A stretch of 64,000 bases of DNA. It comes from Puniceicoccales bacterium. GTDB taxonomy: Bacteria; Verrucomicrobiota; Verrucomicrobiia; Opitutales; UBA9783. A program made the position numbers and the translations under genes. Below are positions 9,469 to 20,300 of the stretch, in pieces (within the stretch, counting starts at the first letter, position 1; every line of letters begins with the position of its first letter). The notes under the pieces were generated by a model that was not told where the DNA came from, did not search any database, and saw only the letters and a program-made list of their open reading frames with translations. The stretch spans positions 1,717 to 65,716 of the forward strand of contig JAIRMU010000001.1 in NCBI GenBank assembly GCA_031258545.1, in the 5' to 3' direction.

Positions 9469-10594
9469 TTACTTCCTCGAACGTGGCCCTCCGGCCCTCA
9501 GCCAAGCTTGAATAAATATGTCCAAATCTCCATCCATAACGGCCTGTACGTTGCCCGTTTCCACGCCCGTACGCAAATCTTTAACCATTTGATAAGGTTG
9601 AAATACATAGCTGCGGATCTGATATCCCCAGCCAATTTCACCTTTTTCTCCATAAAAACGTTCCATTTCCGAACGTTTTTCATCTTGCATTTTCTCGTAT
9701 AACCGAGATTTCAAAATTTTCATTGCCGTAGCACGATTTTTGATTTGCGACCGCTCATTTTGGCAGGTAACCACAAGACCTGTGGGTAAATGCGTGATGC
9801 GGATGGCAGATTCCGTTTTGTTGACATGTTGTCCCCCTTTGCCACTCGCACGGTAAGTATCGATGCGCAGGTCTTTTTCGTCCAAAGGTACATCCACTTC
9901 ATCTTCTAATTCGGCAATAACATCCACGGAACAAAACGATGTATGCCTTTTTTTATTGGCATCAAAGGGACTGATTCTAACCAAACGATGCACCCCTCTT
10001 TCGGCCTTTGCATAACCGTACGCATTCGGACCTTCCAGGCGAAATGTGACTCGACTGATGCCGGCCTCCTCGCCTTCCTGCAAATTTTGTATGTCCGTGA
10101 TAAAATTACTCTTTTCGGCCCAGCGTATGTACATTCGCAGTATCATGTTTGCCCAATCGCACGCTTCTGTACCGCCAGCGCCCGAATGGATGGTCACAAT
10201 GGCGTTATTGCCATCCATGGGCCCCGATAAAAACGATCGCAATTCCATTTGATCGATGGATTGTTCGACGTGTGCAAACATTTGCAACAATTCCGACATC
10301 CACGCTTCTCCATCTTCTATGGAAGTATCCTTACAAATCTCCCATAAACTTTTTAGTTCATCCACTTCTTTGGCAAGTACATGCCATTCGATGAGCAGCT
10401 TTTTAAGTCCTTTGGTTTCCATGAGAATCTTTTGCGCCTCTTCCCCTGATGACCAAAATCCACTTTCGGCCATCTTATGCTCTAAACACTTTAACCGATC
10501 TTCTTTTTCGGTTACATTAAAGAAACCTCCACAGATGACCCGCTTTCTCTAACAAGCTTTGTACGCGCATATTCAAAAGTGGATCCATTAACAT
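9469..10594 (-). CDS. prfB: peptide chain release factor 2, expressed via programmed +1 frameshift
   Basis: ORF0 at 10594..10520 ([25 protein letters not shown]) ends at a stop at 10519..10517. The +1 frame continues [22 protein letters not shown].... The RF2-specific SPF motif (RISPFD) and GGQ (GKGGQHVNK) are present. Confidence 0.9.
10516..10530 (-). promoter_or_regulatory. RF2 recoding site: SD-like GGAGG, 3-nt spacer, slippery CUU, in-frame UAA
   Basis: The minus strand reads GGAGG TTT CTT TAA T. This matches the architecture of E. coli AGGGGG TAT CTT TGA C. Confidence 0.8.
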
Positions 10595-10847
10595 AGGTAG
10601 TCATATTGCATCATCCCATTTTTTTTTCAACGTGAAAAACGACGAAACTTTTTTATAAAATGCATTTGCAAGAAATTTTACGACTTTGAATGCCTCTGCA
10701 TAAATTTTGAGTCAATCTACCCAAAGTAACCTATCGTAATATCCTTTTATCCGGGTAAATTTTATAATTCAGGTGGAATAAAACTTGACGCGTAAGAATA
10801 GAATGTTTAATTACTGTACCATTTAATGCGTTAATGGAGATTTATAC

Positions 10848-11027
10848 ATGGGACAACCAAAAAGAAAACAATCTAAGATGCGCAGCCGATTAAGACGCGG
10901 TGCTAACAATTTTAAAATGCCCCAATTGGTCAAAGATCCTACCGAAGGTAACTGGGTGATGCGTCATCACGTTAGCGTACATACGGGGACATACCACGAT
11001 AAACAAGTTGTTGAAGTTGACTTGTAA
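10848..11027 (+). CDS. rpmF: 50S ribosomal protein L32
   Basis: The 59-aa ORF MGQPKRKQSKMRSRLRRGANNFKMPQLVKDPTEG... falls below the ORF-track cutoff. It sits in the classical rpmF-plsX-fabH context. Confidence 0.9.
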   Translation: MGQPKRKQSKMRSRLRRGANNFKMPQLVKDPTEGNWVMRHHVSVHTGTYHDKQVVEVDL

Positions 11028-11038
11028 TTTGTTTTTCA

Positions 11039-12118
11039 ATGCAGGAAAATTTTAGTGGATTACAGCGGCATTTGCCAAGAATAGCCGTGGATGTAATGGG
11101 TTTGGATTTTGGGCCCGAAGAGATGCTTTCCGGAGTTTGTTCTGCATTGCAAACTGATGGACACCGCTTTGAGAAAATATATTTAGTGGGCGATGCAACC
11201 GTTTTGACGCCTCTTTTGGATCGTTACGGGTTTAACGAGTCTTCGGTCGTGGAATTTGTTCACGCTCCGCAGGTTATTGAAATGCAGGAAAAGCCCATTT
11301 ATACCCTAAAGCACAAAAAAGATGCTTCTATGTTTCGCGCCATCGACCTGGTGAAAAATGGGACAGCGGATGCCATTTTAAGTTGCGGGAATACGGGGAG
11401 TCTCATGGCCGGAGGTACGTTAAAGCTAGGGCCTATTGCAGGCGTTGAACGTCCTGCATTGGCAAGTGTCATTCCGACAAGGCAACAGCGATTTATATTG
11501 ATAGACGTGGGAGCCAACCCGTCTTCGACGGCAAAACATTTGGCCCACAATGCAATTTTAGGTTCACACTACGCGCAGGCTATTTTAGAAAAAACCAATC
11601 CACGGGTAGGTTTACTTACGATCGGTACGGAAGAGGGTAAAGGGAATGAAATCGTGCATGCGGCCCATTCAATTTTGAAAAATTTGTCGCTACCCAATTT
11701 TAACTATCAGGGCCTCATCGAAGGTTTTCACCTATTCAATAACACCGTTGATGTCGTCGTATGCGACGGCTTTGTGGGTAATATTTTACTCAAAACCTGC
11801 GAATCTCTCTTCTATCATTTAAAAGAATATTTAAGGGAAGAACTACAAAAAAACTACATGAGAAAAATGGGCGCCTTTTTATCGCAGGGTGTTTTTCTTA
11901 ATATGAAAAAACAATTTTCTCCGGAGCATTTTAGCGGAGCTCCACTTTTGGGATTGAATGGATGGGTTTTTAAGTCGCACGGTTCCAGCAGGGAGAAATC
12001 CATTGCCGGGGCTCTTCGCACATGCTTAAGGTGCTTGGAGGCGTATGATCTGAAAAACATACAAAACGACATTGCGGCCACGAATCTGACGATAGAAAAA
12101 TTAAAAGGAGAGGAATAA
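11039..12118 (+). CDS. plsX: phosphate acyltransferase PlsX
   Basis: Full-length similarity pattern to PlsX (IAVDVMG..GPEE, SCGNTGSLMA, DGFVGNILLK), plus gene context. Confidence 0.9.
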   Translation: MQENFSGLQRHLPRIAVDVMGLDFGPEEMLSGVCSALQTDGHRFEKIYLVGDATVLTPLLDRYGFNESSVVEFVHAPQVIEMQEKPIYTLKHKKDASMFRAIDLVKNGTADAILSCGNTGSLMAGGTLKLGPIAGVERPALASVIPTRQQRFILIDVGANPSSTAKHLAHNAILGSHYAQAILEKTNPRVGLLTIGTEEGKGNEIVHAAHSILKNLSLPNFNYQGLIEGFHLFNNTVDVVVCDGFVGNILLKTCESLFYHLKEYLREELQKNYMRKMGAFLSQGVFLNMKKQFSPEHFSGAPLLGLNGWVFKSHGSSREKSIAGALRTCLRCLEAYDLKNIQNDIAATNLTIEKLKGEE

Positions 12119-13114
12119 GTGCAACAGGGATCCGTCATCATTCGCGGTGTTGGTTCTTATCTACCGCGCAAGATTCTTACCAATCACGATCTTGCTTCAA
12201 TGGTTGACACTTCTGACGAATGGATTCGAACGCGCACAGGTATTTCCCAAAGGCATATTGCGGATATTCATGAAACTTGCTCTGATTTGGCCTATGTGGC
12301 TGCGAAAAACGCCCTCGAAGACGCAAAGCTGAAGCCGAAAGATATTGACCTACTTATTGTGGCAACCATGACACCCGATATGATATGTCCTTCTTCGGCT
12401 GCAATTTTACAAGCCAAATTAAATTTGCGTAGGGTAATGAGTTTTGACCTCAATGCTGCTTGTTCTGGCTTTGTATACGCCCTTGAAGTTGCGACTCGTC
12501 TACTGCAAAGTGGAAATTTTTACAAACGTGCACTGGTGGTTGGGGCAGAAAAAGTATCCTCCATCGTCGATTGGGAAGATCGATCTACCTGCGTACTTTT
12601 TGGGGATGCAGCAGGTGCATTCGTTTTGGAATATGCATCAACGGAACATCTTGGCATTCTCGATACCGTTTTAGGGGCCGACGGTAGTTCCTATGAAATA
12701 TTGTATATGCCTGCAGGGGGTTCTCGGCATCCAGCGACTGCAGATACGGTGGCCCAAAGGCAACATTTTATCAAAATGAACGGTAAAGAATTATTTAAAG
12801 CATCCGTTCGTTTTATGGGAAAGGCCATTGAAGAACTATTGGAGCGGAATCATCTTACAAAAGCTGACATTGCTTGTCTTATACCGCATCAGGCCAACTT
12901 GCGTATTATTCAATCTTTGGCCCAATCCCTAGGGTTGTCCATGGATCGTGTCTTCTGCAATTTGGAAAACACCGGAAATACGTCTTCCGCATCTATCCCC
13001 GTCGCTTTTGCGCAAGCTAAAAATTCTCATCATTTTCGTTCGGGTGATTACATCGTGCTCGTTGCTTTCGGTGGTGGACTCACCTGGGGAGCAACACTCA
13101 TCAAATGGCCGTAA
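12119..13114 (+). CDS. fabH: 3-oxoacyl-ACP synthase III
   Basis: Catalytic triad contexts NAACSGF, IPHQAN and GNTSSAS. GTG start. Confidence 0.9.
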   Translation: MQQGSVIIRGVGSYLPRKILTNHDLASMVDTSDEWIRTRTGISQRHIADIHETCSDLAYVAAKNALEDAKLKPKDIDLLIVATMTPDMICPSSAAILQAKLNLRRVMSFDLNAACSGFVYALEVATRLLQSGNFYKRALVVGAEKVSSIVDWEDRSTCVLFGDAAGAFVLEYASTEHLGILDTVLGADGSSYEILYMPAGGSRHPATADTVAQRQHFIKMNGKELFKASVRFMGKAIEELLERNHLTKADIACLIPHQANLRIIQSLAQSLGLSMDRVFCNLENTGNTSSASIPVAFAQAKNSHHFRSGDYIVLVAFGGGLTWGATLIKWP

Positions 13115-13141
13115 TATGTTACTAAAATTTTAATTTTTCCG

Positions 13142-14173
13142 ATGAATAAATCTATCTGTCTACTGAGTCTTTTATTTTTAATGGGAGGTTGTGTAAATCG
13201 TGTACACGATCCAATTTCCCCCCAGCAATTGACATTAAAGTCACCGCAACGAGAACAAGTTGCAAAAGAAATTTTTAAACAAGCGGAGCAAGCACAAACG
13301 CAGGGGCGCATTGCTGAAGCTATAAAAGAATACCAAATAATCTGCAAAAAATATGCGGAAACAGACATTGCGCCTCAAGTGCATCACATCGTGGGACGTC
13401 TGTATATCCAAAGGGGGCAATATGCCAAAGGTATCGAGCATTTCCAATTTATTGCCCACAATTATACTCAGTATGAACGTTACGATGACGTGGTTAGGGA
13501 ACAATTTGAAGTTGCAGAAATTTTCATGCACGGATGCGAAAAGCACCGTTTCAAATTTTTTCCTTGGGGTAAGGATACTTCCACCGCAATCGCATTTTTT
13601 CAAGGCGTCATATCTATGGCTCCCTACACCGATTACGCACCTCGAGCTTTGTTTTGTATAGCGCAGTTGGAATTTGAAGATAAGCACAAAGTTAAAGCCA
13701 TTGAAGCCCTGGATCGCTTAATTGAAGACTATTCGGGTCATCGATTGGTCCCCGAAGCTTATTTACTCAAGGGAGATATCTATTTATCTTTAGTTTACAG
13801 TCCGCAAAACGATCAAGGGGCTACCCAAAAGGCCATACAATGTTATGAAAATTTTTTAATACTTTTTGAAAAATCTCACCTTGTATTTAATCTTATCCAA
13901 CGTGCTCGAGATAGCTTACGACATGCACAAGAATTATTTGCCCAAAGTCGCTTAGTTTTGGGTGATTTCTTTTTATACAAACGCCATTACGGTGCCGGAG
14001 CCATCCAATTTTACAACGAAGCCCAACTCATCGCGCCTTCTACCGACATTGCAATGCAAGCCAATAAGCGCATTGAGAGTATTTATACCCATGCACCTAT
14101 TCCGACCACCTGGGCCGATAAAGTTTTTGGAATTTTTCAACACGTTCCGCCAACCCCAGCTCCGCTGCAGTAA
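13142..14173 (+). CDS. TPR lipoprotein, BamD/YfiO-like outer-membrane assembly factor
   Basis: Lipobox LFLMGGC, then TPR-like helices throughout (AEAIKEYQIICKKY.., YAPRALFCIAQLEFEDK.., EAYLLKGDIYL). Confidence 0.55.
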   Translation: MNKSICLLSLLFLMGGCVNRVHDPISPQQLTLKSPQREQVAKEIFKQAEQAQTQGRIAEAIKEYQIICKKYAETDIAPQVHHIVGRLYIQRGQYAKGIEHFQFIAHNYTQYERYDDVVREQFEVAEIFMHGCEKHRFKFFPWGKDTSTAIAFFQGVISMAPYTDYAPRALFCIAQLEFEDKHKVKAIEALDRLIEDYSGHRLVPEAYLLKGDIYLSLVYSPQNDQGATQKAIQCYENFLILFEKSHLVFNLIQRARDSLRHAQELFAQSRLVLGDFFLYKRHYGAGAIQFYNEAQLIAPSTDIAMQANKRIESIYTHAPIPTTWADKVFGIFQHVPPTPAPLQ

Positions 14174-14192
14174 AGATAATTTTTAATTTCCG

Positions 14193-14678
14193 GTGGATCC
14201 ATCAATTTATTGTGTACACGTTGAAACCCCCATCGGTATCATTGTTCTAAAATCCACACAGGGATACTTGACGCAAGTTTTACTGCCCAATGCGTTCTCT
14301 GCACAGGATGCGGTTGTACATGGGACTCCTCTGCTCGATTTAGCCAAACAACAATTGCTGGACTATTTTAATGGGAAAAGGACATCATTTACAATACCGT
14401 TGTCGTTTGAAAAATCTCCATTTTTTACGGCAACGCTCAATTACTTACAAACAATTCCCTACGGCACTACAATTTCCTACAAAACACTTGCCATCGCCGT
14501 ACAGCATCCGCGTGCAGCTCGCGCCGTAGGACGTGCATGTAATAAAAATCCGCTTCCCATTTTTATCCCTTGTCACCGTGTCATTGGTACCGATGGGCGG
14601 TTAACCGGTTACGGAGGTGGATTATTTATTAAGCGATATTTACTAGAATTAGAAAAAGCGCATTGTATGCTTGAATAA
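14193..14678 (+). CDS. ogt: methylated-DNA--protein-cysteine methyltransferase
   Basis: Active-site PCHRV (IPCHRVIG), YKTLA and NPLPIFIPCHRV context. GTG start. Confidence 0.85.
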   Translation: MDPSIYCVHVETPIGIIVLKSTQGYLTQVLLPNAFSAQDAVVHGTPLLDLAKQQLLDYFNGKRTSFTIPLSFEKSPFFTATLNYLQTIPYGTTISYKTLAIAVQHPRAARAVGRACNKNPLPIFIPCHRVIGTDGRLTGYGGGLFIKRYLLELEKAHCMLE

Positions 14679-14737
14679 TCGTGAAGTTACTTAAAAACAC
14701 TTTACAAAACCGTACATTTGTCTAATCTATTAAAGGA

Positions 14738-16138
14738 ATGTGTCGCAAAAAAATAATTTCCATCGTAAGTAGTTTATTATGCCTTAATGGTTGCCATTCG
14801 ATTCAAAAAGAGGTCAGTGTTAATGCATGTACACCGTGGGTGCCTGACCACAGCATGGCCCTTAATTATGACTTTTTATCGCCCCAAAAGACACTTGTTG
14901 GAAAATATTCCTTATCGGAACTTATTGAAACGGGTCTTAAGTTTAATCCACAAACAAAACATGCGTGGTGGCATGCCAAAGAAGCTTTTGCCAACCAAGG
15001 GCGAGCAGAAACTAGTTTTTTCCCCAGCCTAGATGTGTCTGCAAATATTAACCGAGAACAAGTCGGGGAAAAGGGATCCCAATCCACGCAGCGAATTGAT
15101 AATTGGGGACCCGCGGTAACGTTGACCTACAAAGTATTTCAATTTGGAGCCGATGCTGCGGCTGCCAAAAGTGCAGCCCATGTGTTGCACGCAGCCAATT
15201 ACGCATTTAATCGGCAACTTCAAACAACGGTTTTTGAAATCCAGCAAGCGTTTTACAATTTTTCTTCTGCTTATGCAAAAATAGAAGCCCGCGAAAGCTG
15301 TCTGCAGGATGCAACCCTATCTTTTGAAGCCGTCGCGCAAAGAAAAGAAAACGGTTTGGCGCGCATACAGGATGTATTGCTTGCCAAAGCGGATAAATTG
15401 CAAGCAGAGTACGAATTACAAGCCGCAAAAGCAGATTTAGAAAGCTGCCGTGCTACTTTGGCAACGACGGTGGGTGTACCCATTGCCGCAGATTTTTCCA
15501 TCGAAACGGATTATTTAAACACGGAGACGCAAAAACCCCTTCGCGATATCAAAGGTCTGATGCAGGAAGTCCTTCACAAACGTGCAGACTTATTGGCCAA
15601 TGAAGCAACGTTGGAGGCTAAAAAGTGGTCCCAAAGAGCCACACATCGAAGTTTTTTACCCGCACTTTCATTGCGTGCTCAAACGGGTGCGTTAAAGCAT
15701 AAGCATAATTCTCGTTGGCAAAGAAATTATGGATTATCGGCAGGGATACAATGGAACATATTTTCTGGATTTGACAGCCAATATAGCGAGCTAGCCAGTT
15801 ATACGCAGTGGAAAGAACAGAAGTATGCGCTTCGTCAACAAAAGTTGGAGGCGCTACGCCAAACGTGGACAGCGTTTCATGCATTTCAATCTTCCGTTCA
15901 GCTTTCTGAAGCTTCCAAAGCCCTTGAAGAGGCTGCCCAAGAGGCACTTAATGCCATTCGTACGGGCTACAATACGGGGATCAATAGCCTACTTGACCTC
16001 CTTGCTGCCCAAAAGACTTTGGCAAACGCCCGCCTAAACTACATTCAAGCCAAAACAAACGTAAAATTGAACCTAGTGCAATTGGCTTACATCACAGGCC
16101 AATTGGATCTAAAAACACCCACGCAATTCAATCTATAA
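14738..16138 (+). CDS. RND efflux outer-membrane factor lipoprotein (NodT/TolC family)
   Basis: Lipobox LLCLNGC and two OEP repeats with coiled-coil segments. First gene of the OMF-MFP-RND operon. Confidence 0.8.
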   Translation: MCRKKIISIVSSLLCLNGCHSIQKEVSVNACTPWVPDHSMALNYDFLSPQKTLVGKYSLSELIETGLKFNPQTKHAWWHAKEAFANQGRAETSFFPSLDVSANINREQVGEKGSQSTQRIDNWGPAVTLTYKVFQFGADAAAAKSAAHVLHAANYAFNRQLQTTVFEIQQAFYNFSSAYAKIEARESCLQDATLSFEAVAQRKENGLARIQDVLLAKADKLQAEYELQAAKADLESCRATLATTVGVPIAADFSIETDYLNTETQKPLRDIKGLMQEVLHKRADLLANEATLEAKKWSQRATHRSFLPALSLRAQTGALKHKHNSRWQRNYGLSAGIQWNIFSGFDSQYSELASYTQWKEQKYALRQQKLEALRQTWTAFHAFQSSVQLSEASKALEEAAQEALNAIRTGYNTGINSLLDLLAAQKTLANARLNYIQAKTNVKLNLVQLAYITGQLDLKTPTQFNL

Positions 16139-16145
16139 AATTTTT

Positions 16146-17303
16146 ATGCACCGCAAAAATAAACAATGGCTTTACTATACAATCGCAACTGCCGTATCCA
16201 TTGCCCTTTTAATATTGTGCAAAGTGGTGGGTAATCTATTTCACAAAAAACCGGAAATAAGGCCCCCCATGCAATTGTCCATAAAGGCTGCCGTTCCTTT
16301 TAAAACATCCGTTCAACGTTATATCGACGCTGTCGGGCAGTGTACCGCTTTCGAAAGTCTAATTTTGGTACCCCAAGTGGAAGGAGAGCTGATAAAAGTT
16401 GCACGTAAAAATGGCGGTGCCGTAAACAAAGGTGACCTCCTATTTGAAATCGATCCCAGAAGTCTTATGGCCAGCCTAAAGCAGGCGGAAGCTCAACTGA
16501 TAATTGATAAGGCGCAATTGCAACTACATCAATCCCAGTTACAGCGATCCGAAATGTTGAAAAGTGGTGACTTCGTTTCGCAACAGGAATACGACACTTA
16601 CAAAGCAAATGTCGCAATGTACGAAGGTCGTGTAAAATTAGATGAGGCTGCGTGTACGCTCAAACAAGTTGATTTGGAACATTGCTTTATTAGAGCGCCT
16701 TTCGACGGTGAACTTGGTAAATCAACGGTCAATGCGCACAGCTTTGTGAGCAAGGGCACAACGCTTGCGACACTTAATCAAATGCAGCCCATTTACGCAG
16801 ATTGTTTCTTGTCTGAAAAATATTTTAGTCCTCTTTGGAAGGCGAAGAATATCCCCAACAATCATATTGTTGTGGAGGCTCGTTTATTGGACGACAATTC
16901 TGTTGTGCAGTATGGAGAACTGGTATACGTTGATAACGTCGTTGATAAAACGACGGGCAGTTTTTGCGCGCGTTCTGAGTTTAAAAATGAAGACTGGGGA
17001 TTTTGGGAAGGCCGTGCGGTCGATTTAAAAATTTATTACGAAGTACTCAACAATATTCTTTTGGTTCCCGAAGCTTCCATTCACATGGGGAATAAAGGTT
17101 CTTTTGTGTACGTTATCAATGCTCAAAACGTGGCCGAAATGCGTTACGTCAATGTGGGTCAAAATTACCAGGAATGGGTGGTTATTCATTCTGGCCTTGA
17201 AGGTAATGAAAAAGTTATTGCCGAAGGACATGCCTTATTGGCTCCTGGCTCACACGTGGTTGTTTCTTCTATGCTCCCTGCACCTCAATTGAATCCGATG
17301 TAA
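16146..17303 (+). CDS. RND efflux periplasmic adaptor (membrane fusion protein)
   Basis: N-terminal TM anchor, a lipoyl/hairpin segment (GDLLFEIDPRS...QAEAQL..) and a beta-barrel C-terminus. Operon context supports the call. Confidence 0.8.
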   Translation: MHRKNKQWLYYTIATAVSIALLILCKVVGNLFHKKPEIRPPMQLSIKAAVPFKTSVQRYIDAVGQCTAFESLILVPQVEGELIKVARKNGGAVNKGDLLFEIDPRSLMASLKQAEAQLIIDKAQLQLHQSQLQRSEMLKSGDFVSQQEYDTYKANVAMYEGRVKLDEAACTLKQVDLEHCFIRAPFDGELGKSTVNAHSFVSKGTTLATLNQMQPIYADCFLSEKYFSPLWKAKNIPNNHIVVEARLLDDNSVVQYGELVYVDNVVDKTTGSFCARSEFKNEDWGFWEGRAVDLKIYYEVLNNILLVPEASIHMGNKGSFVYVINAQNVAEMRYVNVGQNYQEWVVIHSGLEGNEKVIAEGHALLAPGSHVVVSSMLPAPQLNPM

Positions 17304-17340
17304 ATAATAATTATGCGTTATTGGGTAAAAAAGTTTTTGT

Positions 17341-20300
17341 ATGAAAAGTATTTGTGATCCATTTATTCGTCGGCCAATTGCTACAATATTACTAACGCTG
17401 AGCGTAACGTTTCTGGGGATTGCTTGTTACCAAAAACTACCTGTGGGCGCACTTCCCAATGTTGATTATCCCGTTATTAACGTTTCTGCAAGCTTCCCGG
17501 GCATGAACCCAGAAATGGTGGCCAACGCAATTGCGAGTCCATTGGAGAAAGAATTTATGGAAATTGATGGACTGACCGAAGTATTATCGGAAAGCCGACT
17601 TGGTTTTACCTCGCTAACGCTTAATTTCAATTTGGATAAATCTATTGATGCGGCCGCAATGGATGTACAAGCCGCCATAACACGGGCAAGTAGCAAGTTA
17701 CCCAATGATATACCTTCTTCCCCCACATACAGAAAAAAAGATCCCAACAGTGATCCTATTTTTTTTCTAGGGTTAATTAGTAACAGTCTTACATCAGGTG
17801 CTTTATACGACTACGCAAAAACAAAAATTGCACAGCTCATCAATAAAGTAGAAGGTGTTTCGCAAGTTCAAGTATACGGCATTCCCAAAGCCGTGCGGAT
17901 TCACCTAGATTTAAGAAAATTAAAAGTTTTAGGCTTATCGGTTGAAGACATAACGCACGCGGTACAAAAAAATTCACTCATGCTGAGTATGGGGAAATTT
18001 AAAGGTGCCACCCACACATTAACCCTAACCTCTAACGGTCAGCTGGATCAATCTAAAGACTATGGCGATATTGTCGTCCGAGAAACGAAGGGAAGACCGG
18101 TTTACCTAAAAGATATTGCAAAATGTGAAGATGCCCTGGAAAACGACGATTTTTTGGCAACTTTCTGGGGAGAAGATGCTCAAAATTTTGATACAAATAT
18201 CATGCTCGCCGTGAGTCAGGCTCCCGGTGCAAATACCGTTGAAGTATCCCAGAGAATTAAAGCCATACTTCCCGACTTGTACAAATCTCTGCCGCCGTCC
18301 GTAAAATTAATTCCCATTTACGACAAATCAAAGAGTATACTCGACTCCATTAATGAGGTCAAAGAGACCATTTTTATCGCATTTCTGTTGGTTTCAATCG
18401 TCATTTTTCTGTTTTTAGGTCGTGCTCGCGAAACGCTTATTCCGGTCGTTGCCATGCCGTTATCTTTGCTGATTACGTGTACGGTGATGCATGGACTGGG
18501 GTACAGTTTGGACAATTTGTCCCTCATGGCTCTTACCTTGGCAATTGGCTTTTTAGTGGATGATGCCATCGTGTTTTTGGAAAACGTTGTACGGCACATG
18601 GAAGCAGGACTGGGGCCTTTGGAAGCAGCCTTTAAGGGAGCTCGAGAGATCAGTTTCACCATCTTATCCATGACATTTTCGCTAATGGCCACGTTTTTGC
18701 CCATTATTTTTATGGATGGACAGATGGGTAGAATTTTTAGAGAATTTTCCGTCACGATCGTGGTCGCAATTTTTGCATCCGGACTCGTATCCTTGACGGT
18801 TACGCCGGTCATGTGCGCCCGCTTTTTAAAAAAACACAATTTGGATGAAAAAACATGTGTGGAACGTTTTGCAAACTCTTTGGAGCATACTTTTATCGGG
18901 TGGTATCGTCAGCGTTTGCAATGGTTTTTTCAACATCGTTGGATTTCTTGGTGGGCTTGGACCCTGTGCATCGTTATCATGATCAGTTTATTTATTTCTA
19001 TCCCAAAAACTTTTCTCCCCACCGGTGATAGTTCTGCTATTATGGGTATGTTTATGGCACAAACTGGAACTTCACCGCAGCAAATGCATCAATATCAGCA
19101 TAAAGTAAGAGAAGTTTTATCTAAGCACCCTGCGGTAAAATACACGCTCAATGTCAGTGGTATTGGAGATTTTATGGCCGGGAATCAAGGGATAGCGATT
19201 ATAATGCTCAAAGCGCCCAAGGAACGTACTTCAATACGAGGCAATAAGGACGTATCCATTGCAGCCATTGCACAAGAATTGCAGGGTATGTTATTTCAGG
19301 TACCTGGCATTTTACCGCTCATGAGACCTATGCCGGTCCTCAACATTCAAACCAGTTCTGCTGATGGTAAACGAGGTAAATACGTTTACACGCTTACGGG
19401 TATGGATACTCAAAAAGTTTACGCAATGGCAAACATTTTGAAGGAAGCTTTTTATCAAATTCCGGGGATTGATCCAAGTTCCATCAATTCCAATGTCGAA
19501 CTTAATAACCCGCAGTTATTTATTAATTACAATAGAAACCGTTTGTTTCAATTTGGATTAACACCTTTGTCGTTGGAAAGTACGCTGAAAGAAGCCTATT
19601 CCATGAACTATGCCTACCTCATCAAGGGCGATTATGAACAGTATCAAGTTTTAGTTTCGGCACAGGATCAGCAAAGAACGGGAGCGGAAGATTTATCCTT
19701 GCTCAGTGTCCCCAATACGAGCGGAAAAGTCGTTCCCATAGATACGCTCATCAATATCCAAGAAAAAATAGGCCCCACAAGCGTTTTTCACAAAAATAAT
19801 TTTCCATCCGCCAGCATATTTTTTAATTTAAAGGGAAATGCCGCTCTCGGAACAACGGTAAAACAAGTTGAAGAGGTAGCTCAGAAACATTTATCGACGG
19901 ACATACAAGGGGAATTGGGGGGTGAATCTAAAGAATTTTTATCGTCCATACGCAGCTTAAGTTGGTCATTGTTGTTGGCCGTTTTTGTTATGTACGTTGT
20001 ATTGGGATGCCTTTACGAACATTGGATTCACCCATTGACGGTACTTTCAACCATACCCGTTGCTTTGGCCGGAGGTTTGTTGACCGTACGTATGTTTAAT
20101 ACCGACTTTTCTTTGTACACATTCATCGGTTTATTTATGCTCATGGGTATCATTAAAAAGAATGGCATTATTCTCATTGATTTTGCGGTTGAAAAGGAAC
20201 GCATTGGCAAGACTTCGGAAGAAGCCATTATGGAAGCTTGCTGTGAACGCTTCAGACCCATTTTAATGACAACGGTCAGTACCATATTTGGAATTCTTCC

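Noticed and set aside
10785-10813. Sigma-70 promoter for rpmF (TTGACG-17-TAATTA)
   Set aside because: The -35 element is good, but the -10 lacks the conserved final T and matches only 2 of 6 positions. That is not strong enough to report.
18318-18839. Long antisense ORFs inside well-supported genes (also 13241..13687, 20028..20372, 36241..36765, 5608..6069, 9020..9364 and many others in the track)
   Set aside because: They lie fully within, and opposite or out of frame to, genes with strong family signatures. Their translations are low-complexity or biased and carry no recognisable motifs. They are typical shadow ORFs.
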